Positions 41,101 to 50,375 of a stretch of 64,000 nucleotides of DNA are shown piece by piece. This DNA comes from an uncultured Pseudomonadota bacterium. Its GTDB lineage: Bacteria > Oederibacteriota > Muellerivitia > Muellerivitales > Muellerivitaceae. The stretch covers positions 1 through 64,000 of the forward strand of contig CAVYRH010000019.1 of NCBI GenBank assembly GCA_963770835.1. The letters run 5' to 3'. Position numbers and translations under genes: made by a program. The notes beneath the pieces are model-generated. The model was not told where the DNA came from, made no database searches, and saw nothing but the letters and a program-made list of their open reading frames with translations. Every line of letters begins with the position of its first letter. Position 1 is the stretch's first letter.

Positions 41101-43376
41101 AGGCCCGAACTGGTGAAGGTGGTGGCCCCGTTCCAGGTGAGGATGACCTTCTGGTTGTAGCCCGGCCCCGGCACCATGGGGGAATCGGTGACGAGGTAAC
41201 CGCCGGAGGTGTCATAGATGGTTTGCGGCGTCCAGGGATTGCCCGTGCTCCCGCACATGTTCACCCCTGCGTTGGAGGAATTGAGGAAATAGGAAACCCG
41301 GTAGTCCTTCAGGTTGATGTCCTCGTAGGATTCGTTCAGGATCTGGTAATCGGTGCTGACATAGGGGGCGGCTGCGGAGCTGGAGGCGGCGGTGGTGTTG
41401 AACTGCACGAAGACCTGGGGCCGGGCGCGGCCCAGGCGCTCGTGGGAGGCGTTCTTGTAGGTGAGGGTGTAGGTCACCGTGTCGCCCGGGTTGACCGTGG
41501 AGACGTTGGCGGACTTTGCGGTTTGCAGGGCGCAGTCCACCACGTCCACGTAGTTCGTCTTGTAGGTGCTGGAGGCCGTGTCCGGGTAGGCGGTGGAATC
41601 GGCCGAAACGCCCGAGGAGGGCACGGCCGAGACCGGGTTGATGACGGTCTGGCCCGAGGTGGCGGTCCCGGCGATCTGCAGTTGCACCGTGATGGTGGCT
41701 GGCGTGTTGGGGGCCACGTTGGAGACCACCCAGGTCAGGCTGCTACCCGAATTGACGGCCGAAGGCGAGGAGGAAACATAGGTGGCGTTGGCGGGGATCG
41801 GGTCGGTGATCGTCACGCTGGCGGCCGTGGCGGCCCCCACGTTCTTGTAGACGAGGGTGTAGTTGAGGGTGTCCCCGGGACAGCCGAAGGTCTTGTTCAC
41901 GTCCTCGGAGACCTTCATCACGGCCTCGTTCCACTGGTTGTCGCAGGGCCAGGGGAAATTGCCCGTATTGATGAGAAGCCCCAGGATGTCCAGGTCGTTG
42001 TTGTAGTAGATAAGCGAGGTCGGGGCGTAGTTGGAACCCGCCGCCTGCTGGACGAACTGGTAGGTGGAATCCAGCCGGTAGGTTTGGTTGACCCAGGTCT
42101 GGTCGTCGGAGGCCGTGGCCACCGCCGCCATGGTGCCCATGCCCCACTGGCTGGGGAGGCCCGCCCCCCAGGTGCCGTTGGTGTTCCATTGTTGGGCGAT
42201 GTTCCAAACCTTGTCCGCGTTGCTTAAAACCACCACGTTGTTGTTTTTAAGCGAATTATTGGTGTTGGTGACGAAATTCTGCAGGGTATTGTTGCCGTTG
42301 TAGACCACGTCCATCACATAGCGCCAGGGTCCCCGCATGCCTTCCGAGCTGGCGGTGGCGCCCCCATAAGCGAAGCCCGTGGGTGGATTGGTGGTGGAGG
42401 CCCCGGTCAACTGGATATTGTCCGCGTTGAACCCGTGGTTCCCCGCCGCCGCGTCCGCGGCCACCAGGGCGGTGGCCGTGTTGTTGGCGACGTTGGTCCA
42501 GTCCGCGCCCGTCGTTCCCCGGTTGGGATAAGTAACACCGGAGTAGGTGCTGCCCCAGCAGCGGTAGTAGCCCGGGTCCCAGTAATCGGCGTAGACGTTG
42601 CTGGAGACGCCGTTGATGTTGAAGGTGTCGCCGCTGGTGTAGTAATTCCACATGTCCACGTCCCGGTACCAGGGGGCGGCCGGGCTGCTGGCGGGAATGG
42701 TGCCCGTGTCCAGCATGGCCTGGATCATGGTCTGGGCCTCCCCGCAATAGTTGATGACCCCCGTGGAGGGCCACTGTTTGCATGCGATCAAGAGCGCCAT
42801 GGCGATGTCTTCATCGCCGTCCCCCGCCGAGTCGCAGCCCGTGATGCCGAAAGGGGCGGTCATGGAGGTCTCCCAGGCCGGCAGGTAGGCCGTGAACCCG
42901 TCGCAGGAGTTGTTCTGCATGTTCATGTGGGTCAGCACATATTCATAGAGGCCGTCGAAAAGGGGTTTGTCGGCGAAGGAGGCGGCGATGAGCATGGAAT
43001 AACCCATGCTCTCGGTGAGGGCGTGGTGGTTGTTGCCGCCGTTGTTCAACGCGAAATTGGCGATCACGGGGATACCGTTGACCGTCTCGCCCGTGTACTC
43101 AACCTCCGAGCCGATGTAGAGGTCGTAATATTGCTGCCACATGGCGTTCATGTCCGAATTGCTCACGCCCTCGGGTGACGCGATCAATCCGTTGGGAAGC
43201 TGGAGGTATTCCCCGAAGGGATGGGCCGGATTGCCGCTGTTGATGTTGCCGTTGGGATAGACCGCGCCGTACATGGTGCCATAGGCCTGGCCCCAGGCTT
43301 TAAAAGCGCTTTCATTAAAGAGCAAAAGGAAAAAAAGCGAGAAGAGGATGTATGAGCTGGATCGTATTCGGGACAA
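38184..43376 (-). CDS. Multidomain GH8 glycoside hydrolase with DUF11-like repeats, CBM3-like insert, ~360 aa Thr/Pro stalk and CTD/FlgD-Ig-like C-terminus
   Basis: [36 protein letters not shown] (GH8); [11 protein letters not shown] repeats; [17 protein letters not shown] (CBM3-like); WDGKN...SGVYIF. Confidence 0.8.
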   Translation of the reverse strand: MSRIRSSSYILFSLFFLLLFNESAFKAWGQAYGTMYGAVYPNGNINSGNPAHPFGEYLQLPNGLIASPEGVSNSDMNAMWQQYYDLYIGSEVEYTGETVNGIPVIANFALNNGGNNHHALTESMGYSMLIAASFADKPLFDGLYEYVLTHMNMQNNSCDGFTAYLPAWETSMTAPFGITGCDSAGDGDEDIAMALLIACKQWPSTGVINYCGEAQTMIQAMLDTGTIPASSPAAPWYRDVDMWNYYTSGDTFNINGVSSNVYADYWDPGYYRCWGSTYSGVTYPNRGTTGADWTNVANNTATALVAADAAAGNHGFNADNIQLTGASTTNPPTGFAYGGATASSEGMRGPWRYVMDVVYNGNNTLQNFVTNTNNSLKNNNVVVLSNADKVWNIAQQWNTNGTWGAGLPSQWGMGTMAAVATASDDQTWVNQTYRLDSTYQFVQQAAGSNYAPTSLIYYNNDLDILGLLINTGNFPWPCDNQWNEAVMKVSEDVNKTFGCPGDTLNYTLVYKNVGAATAASVTITDPIPANATYVSSSPSAVNSGSSLTWVVSNVAPNTPATITVQLQIAGTATSGQTVINPVSAVPSSGVSADSTAYPDTASSTYKTNYVDVVDCALQTAKSANVSTVNPGDTVTYTLTYKNASHERLGRARPQVFVQFNTTAASSSAAAPYVSTDYQILNESYEDINLKDYRVSYFLNSSNAGVNMCGSTGNPWTPQTIYDTSGGYLVTDSPMVPGPGYNQKVILTWNGATTFTSSGLLPDRYLIQQWSGWGGQVLTQVNLYESNDATRNNTADWSYNAGPLANSCASYAGDDYVDIKTALTDPGGYADPCNQGGSNAVTNLLVEEYDGYTWRVVSGNAPYYGRDINAQLTDSLNSNLTFGGFVGAPCDAVTAYNTGTNTVSWTWPDLMATESGTVTYWAVVKSNAATCSSIPNSAILTDLNGKEKTADSNSAAVSVACTPMPTATPTPAEIVKTANPTSVSSGSPVTYTLIYTNQHPGLFTANFAAGTLSGWTTVAGSLALSNWGLSGGDLNLNNYGPSGIVNSGAYGTNGTLNFTVYEPAYQPAGAILRQNGNSFYYLWINGNTYPSAAQIALLYTTNGGSSFTTVGGATGVGNFVAPNNGTAGLPGPINVEAMLNGSSFTIYVSTNGGPYNQVLSETDATIAGPGYFGVDATATGTQFSNFILSDDWATGVVVTDTVPAGETFTSASGGGANMPPITWNLGNVAPGASVTETWVAQVTAGGGTVIPNTATLSGLNRVLETSLAAYVTVSGVTATPTATPTKSPTASPTMTPTYSPTYSPTMTPTFTPTPSPTFSPTLTPTFSPTASPTWTPTPTASWTPTPTPSLTASFTPTNTTANTPTSTATSTPTNSPSPTSSRTATATPSATPTFSPTASVTASPTSSMTATPSFTASRTPTGTPSPTPTITATNTPSSTGTLPPTSTPTSSPTQTATSSATLTPFLTVTPTSSSSPTLTATNSPSFSPTNSPTLTASFTATATGANTATLTPTATATATAVNTLTPTWTPSLSPTATPISTPTGTPTMSPTPTASWTATSTATLTATATPTLTPTFTTTLSPTATPSLTPTPTPTWTATKTPTASPTSTPTGIPTSTWTASPTSSITLTPTATVPITDIFTVSQNLFHPPQESVSIQVQYSLYPGPYELRIYNSVGEHIKTLDEGNLSAPISMNYQWDGKNKYGDTCASGVYIFYLIEPFSQKAKRIILIH

Positions 43377-43690
43377 AATATTTTTCCCTTTGATAGGCTG
43401 GCCGTAACAAGCCGCATATTGTAACGAGCAATTTCCACACCAGGTATGATTTGCTGGATAAAAAAAACAGGTTTTGGCTTTTACGTTTAGCGAAAAACTT
43501 CAAAGGATAAATATTTTTGTTACGGTTGATATGAACCGGGGTTGAAGTAAAACCCCGGGGAGTATTTTTTTTGGAAGCCGTTTTGTTTCTTTTTTTACGA
43601 TTTCGAAAAATTACGGACAGAGAATTCAAGAAATAATTTTCAGGAGTTCCAAGAAACGGCTTTGGCGGAAGGAAGCTTGCTACGTGAAAA

Positions 43691-45061
43691 TTATTTTTCG
43701 AGGACCAGGTCGTCCACGTAGAAGGGCGAGACGGCTTTGGGGCCGTTGGAGGTAAGGACGATCCGGTTGAACTGGCCCGGAATCTGGAAGTCGGAGAGGT
43801 TCACCCGGACGTGGTTCCACTGGTTCACCGCCCAGCCTCGCGCGCCGGTGACGGCCTTTTCGATTCCCACCTGGGAACCCAAGTATTCGAGCCTCACCCG
43901 GAATTCCACGTTGCAGCCCGTCGGGTAAATCCAGAAAGAGATGTCTTTATCGTCCGCTGGCTTGACTGACGGGCCGTCAAATTGAATGGCACCCCAGGCC
44001 TTGTCGGGCAGGGCCACGAGGACGCTTTGGCTCCCGCCCGGGGTGTGGTTTTGGGCCTTGGAATGGAAATCGTAGCTTCCGTCGCTCCAGGAACTGGCCG
44101 TCCAGGCCGGATGGTCCCCGTCAAAAACCAGCGTCCCAACGGCCGTGCCTTCCGGTCCAGGGGAAGCCGCGGGTTCGGCCTGGGTTTTGACCGCCAAGTC
44201 CCGGTTGGGGCCGATGTAGTTCTCGGCGATCACGAGGTTATCAAACTGGCTGAATTCGTCCCTCGGCGGTGCCCAGCTCGCGTCCCCGCCCCCGAAGAAG
44301 GTCTCGAATTCCAGTTTTTCGATCTTAATGTCCGGGATGTCCCTGAAGCGCAGGCCGGTGACTTCCAGGGCCTTGTCCCCATCAAGCCAGGAACGGATGA
44401 TCCCGTCCTTTTTCCCCGGCGTATTCATTTGGACGAAGGTCTCCACGCAATGCCACTTGCCGGGCTTGAAGAATCGGGGACAACCGCCGAAGTCCCAGGC
44501 GAAATCCTCGCCGAAATCGCCCGGCTGGTCGGGATGGTAGACGTATTGGACGATTTTCCCGTCGGGCCGCCACATGACCCGAGCGCTCCAGCCGTCCCTC
44601 CCGTTGGGCTTGTGGCCTCCGGTATTGCCGGTGCCACCGGCCAGCCCAGGCAGTTTCCCCCCTTTGACGAAGTCAAAATCGGGGTCGAAACGGACGTAAT
44701 AGCGAAGATAAAGGGATTCCCGGGGCTTGATCGAAAGCTTGGAAAAGTCGCAGAGGAACTGGCAACCCCCGCCGGAGATGGCGCCTTGGGAATATTTCAC
44801 CCTCAGGGAATGGCCATCCAAGGCGCCGCTTCCCTCGACCAGGCTGCTATTGGCCGCCGGTTCCGGGCCCCAATCCATGCCCCAAACCGAAGTCCAGGGT
44901 TGGGCCTCGAAGCCGCCGAAGAAAAGGATGTCGTTTCGGGTTTTCAATCCCGGCTCAAGGGAACCCGCATCGCCAGCGGGGCCCGCCGCCCAGAGAGGGC
45001 TCGCCCAGCAAAACAGGGCCATCAACCAGGGGAATTTTCGGGGGAAAAAGGGCTTTTTCAC
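43691..45061 (-). CDS. Polysaccharide lyase family 14-like protein with C-terminal carbohydrate-binding-like domain
   Basis: Signal peptide; FDFVKGGKLPGL, SARVMWR, TFFGG; C-term ISFWI...WNHVRVNLSDF...FYVDDLVL. Confidence 0.75.
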   Translation of the reverse strand: MKKPFFPRKFPWLMALFCWASPLWAAGPAGDAGSLEPGLKTRNDILFFGGFEAQPWTSVWGMDWGPEPAANSSLVEGSGALDGHSLRVKYSQGAISGGGCQFLCDFSKLSIKPRESLYLRYYVRFDPDFDFVKGGKLPGLAGGTGNTGGHKPNGRDGWSARVMWRPDGKIVQYVYHPDQPGDFGEDFAWDFGGCPRFFKPGKWHCVETFVQMNTPGKKDGIIRSWLDGDKALEVTGLRFRDIPDIKIEKLEFETFFGGGDASWAPPRDEFSQFDNLVIAENYIGPNRDLAVKTQAEPAASPGPEGTAVGTLVFDGDHPAWTASSWSDGSYDFHSKAQNHTPGGSQSVLVALPDKAWGAIQFDGPSVKPADDKDISFWIYPTGCNVEFRVRLEYLGSQVGIEKAVTGARGWAVNQWNHVRVNLSDFQIPGQFNRIVLTSNGPKAVSPFYVDDLVLEK

Positions 45062-45073
45062 CCCCCCATCCTA

Positions 45074-46234
45074 TCAATAAAACACGAAGGCGTCCGCCAG
45101 GACAGCGTAGTTGGGATTGTCGACGGTGTTGACCGGGTCTATTCGAATGAAGTCGATTTGAGTCTTCAAGTTCCGGACGGGGTAACACCGGAGACTAAGG
45201 ACATCGCGGAACCCGTCATTCGCGTCCAAGCCCATCGAATCATTAAGCCATTCATTTGCCAGCCTTAAATAAACGCTGTTTCCCAAATCCACCTCGGCGC
45301 TGACGTGGTAGGCCTGGTAATCGGTTTGGGAGATGACCTGCCCCTCGGAGCCATTCCCCTGTCCGTCGTATCCCCGATCATACTCGGCTAGGATAACGAC
45401 CGGTTCGATCCTCCCCCATCCAAAGGCGCCGTAACGCAATTGGCGGTTGTTCAGGTCCAAATCATTTCCATAAACGGACCCTCCCACCGTAAAGGGCGAA
45501 AAACACATTCCTCCCTTGGCCGAAAAGATTTTCTCGTTATAACCGGCCACCGTGGCGCTCCCGGAAGAAGCGTTTCCATTTACCAAAGCCGCGTTCAGGA
45601 AAAAGGGGTCGGGATAGATGCCCGCTTCCATGCCGTCCGGATTCCCATTGTCAAAATTAAAGGCGCCGTTCAGCGCGACACGGACAAGGCTGTTGTCATC
45701 GGCAAGGGTCAGGCCGTAGGGGACCATGAATTTGCCTAACTTGATATAGGCCCCTTCCGGCAGGCCCGCAATCAAGGCATAGGCTTCGCGAACGCTTCCG
45801 GTATCCAAGCGGTAGGTAAACACGCCCGAAACCACCTCATTGGCCTTGGCTTGCAAGCTGAAAGCCTGCCGCCCTGGAATAGCCTGGCCAGGGTTGCCAT
45901 TGTAGGATTGGCCGTAAAAGGAACTCTGGTTGAAATTGGAATTGGGGTTGAAGGTCTGGGTGTAGCTTTCGTGAATGTCGACGCCCGTGGACACCCAGGA
46001 CGGCGTGTTGTGCTGGATTTTTTGGGCGGCGTCGGAGATTCCCTGCCAGTCGAAAGTCTGCAGGGAATTCCCGTAGTTCTTACCGAAGTCGTTTCGCAGC
46101 CAGCCACCGGTCTGGTTCACGTGGCAGGCGTTGCAGTTGACGCCCTTCCAGGCCGCGAGATAGGGCTCAGCCCAGGCCATCGTGCCCTCAAATAACAGAA
46201 TCGCCACAACCAACCCTGTCCGGAGAATAGGCAT
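45074..46234 (-). CDS. Cyc2-like monoheme cytochrome c-porin fusion
   Basis: Signal peptide, then EPYLAAWKGVNCNACHVNQTGGWLRNDFG (single CxxCH) and porin-like strands (YIKLGKFMVPYG), C-term aromatic VFY. Confidence 0.7.
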   Translation of the reverse strand: MPILRTGLVVAILLFEGTMAWAEPYLAAWKGVNCNACHVNQTGGWLRNDFGKNYGNSLQTFDWQGISDAAQKIQHNTPSWVSTGVDIHESYTQTFNPNSNFNQSSFYGQSYNGNPGQAIPGRQAFSLQAKANEVVSGVFTYRLDTGSVREAYALIAGLPEGAYIKLGKFMVPYGLTLADDNSLVRVALNGAFNFDNGNPDGMEAGIYPDPFFLNAALVNGNASSGSATVAGYNEKIFSAKGGMCFSPFTVGGSVYGNDLDLNNRQLRYGAFGWGRIEPVVILAEYDRGYDGQGNGSEGQVISQTDYQAYHVSAEVDLGNSVYLRLANEWLNDSMGLDANDGFRDVLSLRCYPVRNLKTQIDFIRIDPVNTVDNPNYAVLADAFVFY

Positions 46235-46453
46235 GACGCCTCCTCTTTTCTTAGGATGACACGTCCATAAAATACACTTTTTCGTGAAAAGAGTTACCAG
46301 AAGAGGGGAAAAACAAAGGAAAAAAGGGCAGTACGGCTCGTATCGAGCCTGGAAACAAGCCAAAACTCAGTCAGCGGCTCTCTTAGCAAAAATTTCTAAG
46401 TGTTCCTGGAATTGAGCCTATTTCCTTTGTTTTTTTAGACTTCCGATGGATCT

Positions 46454-48697
46454 TTATCTTTTAAATTCCACGAAACGGGTCAAGAGAAGGGTCGCTCCAA
46501 CCACTAGAAAGAGGATGGAGACAAAAAGTCCCAGCCGGAACGAACCCGGTTCATACCTGAAAACCACCTGGTGATCCCCATCCCCTGCCAACGGTACCGC
46601 CATGAAAAGGCCGTCGGCCCGAAAGATGGACTTGGGTTCGCCATCCACCCAGGCATGCCACCCCGGCGAATAGCTCTCGTCAAAGACAAGGAACCCCTGC
46701 TTAGTGTTTTTCAACTGAAAGCCAGCTTCACAAGGGGAAGAGCGGCGTCCTTGAATGGAAGTTGGGGATTCCAAAAGCCGGGTGAGGAACCCCGTCAGCC
46801 AGTCCGTCCGGGACGGCCCATAACCAGCCAGGGACCGGGGGGAAGCTTGGAGGCATACCGAACCGCCATCCGGCCTGCGTTCCGTATAAACCTCGTCTTC
46901 CAGGAAGGCCTTGGGGTCGAGCAGCGCGGAAAAAACCGAGGGCCGGTCGTGGAACTCATGGACCTTCTCCGTAACCCAGGCGGTGGGCATGGCGCCCGCG
47001 TTTCTCGTCCAAACGCAGGAGTCATAAGTTTCATGGATGTCGTATTTAAAAGACGAAAGACTTTTCGAGAAAAGGATCAGGTTGACCCCCGCCGCATCGA
47101 GAACCCGGCCATCGTAGGGGTATCCCTTTTGAAGGTAACGACTCAAATTTTGGAACCCGTCGGTGTAAATGGTGAGGTAACCCCGGACGGACTTAAAGCC
47201 CCATACCACGTTGGTGTTGGGCACCAATTGGGCGGCGGTTTCTTGGATGGATTCGTCAATGTTTCCCCCGGTAGTCGGGTAAATCTTCCCATCTTCCCTG
47301 AGACTGGCCAACCTCCCCTCGCCGGTCAAGGCTTGGGCCTTCGAAGCCGCCTGCCGGACTTCCGCGTTTTGGTAGGGGTCTTGCACCGTGAGGATGACCC
47401 TGGTTGGGACAAAGAGCAGGTCAATCACCCATAGGGCTCCGCCCAGCCAAACCCATTTCCAATACCAGCTCTTCTTGGGAGTGGCGTTTGTTTTTTCCTG
47501 GAGGCCGAGGGCGATCGCAGTGAAGGCGCAAAAGATGAAAAGAAAACAGGCCTTTGTCGTTTCCAGGTGGTCCAAGAGTTTTTCGGGAAAAATTCGCCAA
47601 AGCGGAAAATGGATTCCGGTAAGCCAGAATGGCCAAAAGAGGGCAGTGAACTTCCAAAAGCGGTCCTTGGAATAAGGCGAGAAAAAAGACCAAATCAAAA
47701 TTCCTAAAGGCACCAAGCCAAGGTAGAGGTTGTCGAAGATATAAGAGGGGTAATCCCCTTGATAACCCGGAGTGCCCGGGATTCCCAGGATTTGGGGCGC
47801 GAATAGGGTCAGCTCATTTTTCCAATTCAGGCTGTAAAGCTGGTCTCCCCAACCTTCCCGGTGAAGGAATCCGAGGAAGTCCACGAAAGGAAGCCATTGG
47901 CAGGCGGTCAACCCCAAGGCCGCCGCAACGGCGGAAAGGTGAAGTCCGGCCACTTTCCAACTCGGCCGGCGAAAAGCAAGGAATACCCCCAAGAGCAGGA
48001 CCGTATAAAAAGTACAAAAGGGATAACCGGCCAATATCTGGAAAGCCCAAAAGAGGGACAACAGTCCACTCCACATCCACATCGAAGCACCCCTCACCCT
48101 AACCCTCTCCCCCAAGGGGCGAGGGAAATTGGGTTCTATGCTCCGTTTGCCCCCTCTCCCTCGAGGGGAGAGGGCCGGGGTGAGGGTGAATGTCGAATCC
48201 TGACTTTCTTCCATAAGCTTTTGCGAGGCCCAAAAAATCCAAGGAACCCAAGCCGCTGAGGCCAGGTGGGTGGGGAACCCCCAATAAAAAGCCATGAGCG
48301 CCGAGCCCGCGAAGCCCCAGGCGCAAAGGGTGGCGGCCAGGGGCGAGACCTTCAGGGCCCTCAGCCAGAGGTAAAACCCGACGGCCGCCAGGGCCTCGTG
48401 GAGCAGGGCCACCACAAAAAACCAGTGGGTGAGGCCGGTCAGGTTCCAAAGCCAGAAAAAGGGGTAAAAAACCGCCGGTTGGAAGGCCGCCAGGTGGGGC
48501 GTACCGCATGCGATATAGGGGTTCCAAAGGGGTATCCGGCCCTGCCGGAAGGACTCCACATTGAACCACTTTTCCGGGAAGACATATTCCATCGTGTCCA
48601 TGAAGGCCGGAAAGTGACCCCACAACCGGGCCATCCAATAGATAAGAAGGGTCCCAAAGCAGGCCCAAAGTAAGTAAAAAAGTTTGTTTTTCTTCAC
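46454..48697 (-). CDS. YfhO-like GT-C membrane glycosyltransferase (carries an in-frame 37-aa insertion)
   Basis: D..EYVFP, PLWNPYIACGTP, many TMs, C-term ESYSPGWHAWVDG...FRYEP. Confidence 0.8.
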   Translation of the reverse strand: MKKNKLFYLLWACFGTLLIYWMARLWGHFPAFMDTMEYVFPEKWFNVESFRQGRIPLWNPYIACGTPHLAAFQPAVFYPFFWLWNLTGLTHWFFVVALLHEALAAVGFYLWLRALKVSPLAATLCAWGFAGSALMAFYWGFPTHLASAAWVPWIFWASQKLMEESQDSTFTLTPALSPRGRGGKRSIEPNFPRPLGERVRVRGASMWMWSGLLSLFWAFQILAGYPFCTFYTVLLLGVFLAFRRPSWKVAGLHLSAVAAALGLTACQWLPFVDFLGFLHREGWGDQLYSLNWKNELTLFAPQILGIPGTPGYQGDYPSYIFDNLYLGLVPLGILIWSFFSPYSKDRFWKFTALFWPFWLTGIHFPLWRIFPEKLLDHLETTKACFLFIFCAFTAIALGLQEKTNATPKKSWYWKWVWLGGALWVIDLLFVPTRVILTVQDPYQNAEVRQAASKAQALTGEGRLASLREDGKIYPTTGGNIDESIQETAAQLVPNTNVVWGFKSVRGYLTIYTDGFQNLSRYLQKGYPYDGRVLDAAGVNLILFSKSLSSFKYDIHETYDSCVWTRNAGAMPTAWVTEKVHEFHDRPSVFSALLDPKAFLEDEVYTERRPDGGSVCLQASPRSLAGYGPSRTDWLTGFLTRLLESPTSIQGRRSSPCEAGFQLKNTKQGFLVFDESYSPGWHAWVDGEPKSIFRADGLFMAVPLAGDGDHQVVFRYEPGSFRLGLFVSILFLVVGATLLLTRFVEFKR
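48082..48197. mobile_element. Palindromic BoxC/RPE-like element inside the CDS, bounded by TCGAA direct repeats
   Basis: CCCCTCACCCTAACCCTCTCCCCCAAGGGGCGAGGG and an inverted second copy; TCGAA at 48082 and 48193, 111 bp apart. Confidence 0.75.
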
Positions 48698-48759
48698 GGG
48701 GATGAGTTTATGGGGATGGGTTTCGGCTGTAAACGCTTTTCATGCCGGGGCATTGGCGC

Positions 48760-50375
48760 TTAATGGGCCTTTTGATGCAGAAGGCCGTAAACCACTAGGC
48801 TGTCGGCGGTAGGGACATAAACCTTTGCCGTTAATGATGGTCGGGGGGCGTGAATTTGTTGTTGGGACTCCCGGTCGTATCGCGGCCGGCAGCCTGGGCG
48901 GAATTGTAAAGCTCATGGGCTAGGTTGTTGGCGTCGTAGGCCCGAAGGACGGCCTGTTTCCCGGGTTGGATGGCCCAGAGGATTCCATTTCGATCGCCGT
49001 TGGAGGAAACACTGGGGACACAGCCAGGGAAAGCGTAAGTTTCGGGAGTTTGGGGGAAAGCCTGGGTTTGGTAAAGGCCGTGGGACAGCCGGTAGGCTTT
49101 CAGGTGCTGGGCCACCATGCTCCAATAGACGAAGCCGTTGAAGCAGGCCGGCGTCATAAAGCATTGGCCGTTCGACAAGGCGGCGGCGTGGAATTCCTGG
49201 ACCACCGCATTACCTCCTCCATTTCCCTTCCGATAACTCCCCAAGTTGTCCCGGTCGAGCAAATAAATTTCACCAGTCTTGTCGCCCCCGGTCAAAAGAT
49301 GGGGATGGGCCGGGCTTCCGTAAGAATCAGGCAAGAGGATTTGGCCCACCGAGCCCACGTCCTGGTCGTTATCACTCAAGTCGGCTTGGTTGGAAGGCGC
49401 GAAATAATCCGCTTCCACCAATTGGGGGGTGCCCGCTCCCGCGATTCTCAGGATGCTGTCCCCGTAATCCCGCCCACCTTTGTCGGCGTCGAAGCTGCCG
49501 TTGCTGGTTTCGATATAAAGGTTCCCTTTTTCATCCACCGAAGGCGCGTCCCCCGAGCTCCAAATGGCGCCCTCGTTGCCATCGGGCGTCACATTGAAAA
49601 CCCCGACTTGCTCAGTGACGGCCGATGCTTTGTAACCGATCAGCCATCCGTGGTAGGCGCCCCAATTGTTGAAGTCGCAATGGGAAGTAAAGGCCGTAAA
49701 GACGACGCCGTTGTCGAGGGCAAGCCCGCAACGCACCTTGTAGGCCCGGGGGTTCAAGACATCCATAGCCCCCCCGTCGCCCGTGCCGGGGACGGTGGCC
49801 CGGATGGTGCAGGGTCCGCTGAATTTTTCCGTTCCTGTGGACAAATCCAAGGCGTGTAATTGCTGAAAAAATTGGGTGACCGCACCGGAGGCCTGCTTGG
49901 TCATGGCCACCAGGTAAATGGTGTTTGTTGAAAGGTCGATGACCGGCGTGTCCGTAATGCCGATTTCCGGTTGGATTTGACCGCAATAGCCGGCGTCCTC
50001 TTTGGAAACGGTGGTGATCCCCGCCCCCAGGTTGAGGAAAGTGACAAACCACAAAGGCGCCTGGTAGCTGTCGGCGTCAAAAGCGTAAACGCTGTCATGC
50101 TCGGTGCAGATGAAGATCACATTATGGGTTCCACCCGCGATGGAAAGATTGGGGACGTAAAGGGGTTGGCCGTAGACCTGCCCATCCACGGTCTGGGTGA
50201 AAAGCTTGCCGAAGGAAGACTTGTTGACATTGGAGAGCTTGAGTTGGGTCTCGTGGGGATTCAACCCCGTACGGTAGCCGTCATTGTGGTAGGTAATCAT
50301 GGCATCTTGGGCCGTCACTGGTGCCCCCGCCGCGAAACAGCCATAAACCAGGAAGAGAAATCCGATTTTTTTCAT
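48760..50375 (-). CDS. Exported PQQ-like beta-propeller protein (3' end frameshifted)
   Basis: TYHNDGYRTGLNPHET..SNVN..FGKLF..VDGQVYGQPLY; removing two homopolymer extra bases near 48825-48848 gives KFTPPTIINGKVYVPTADSLVVYGLL. Confidence 0.75.
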
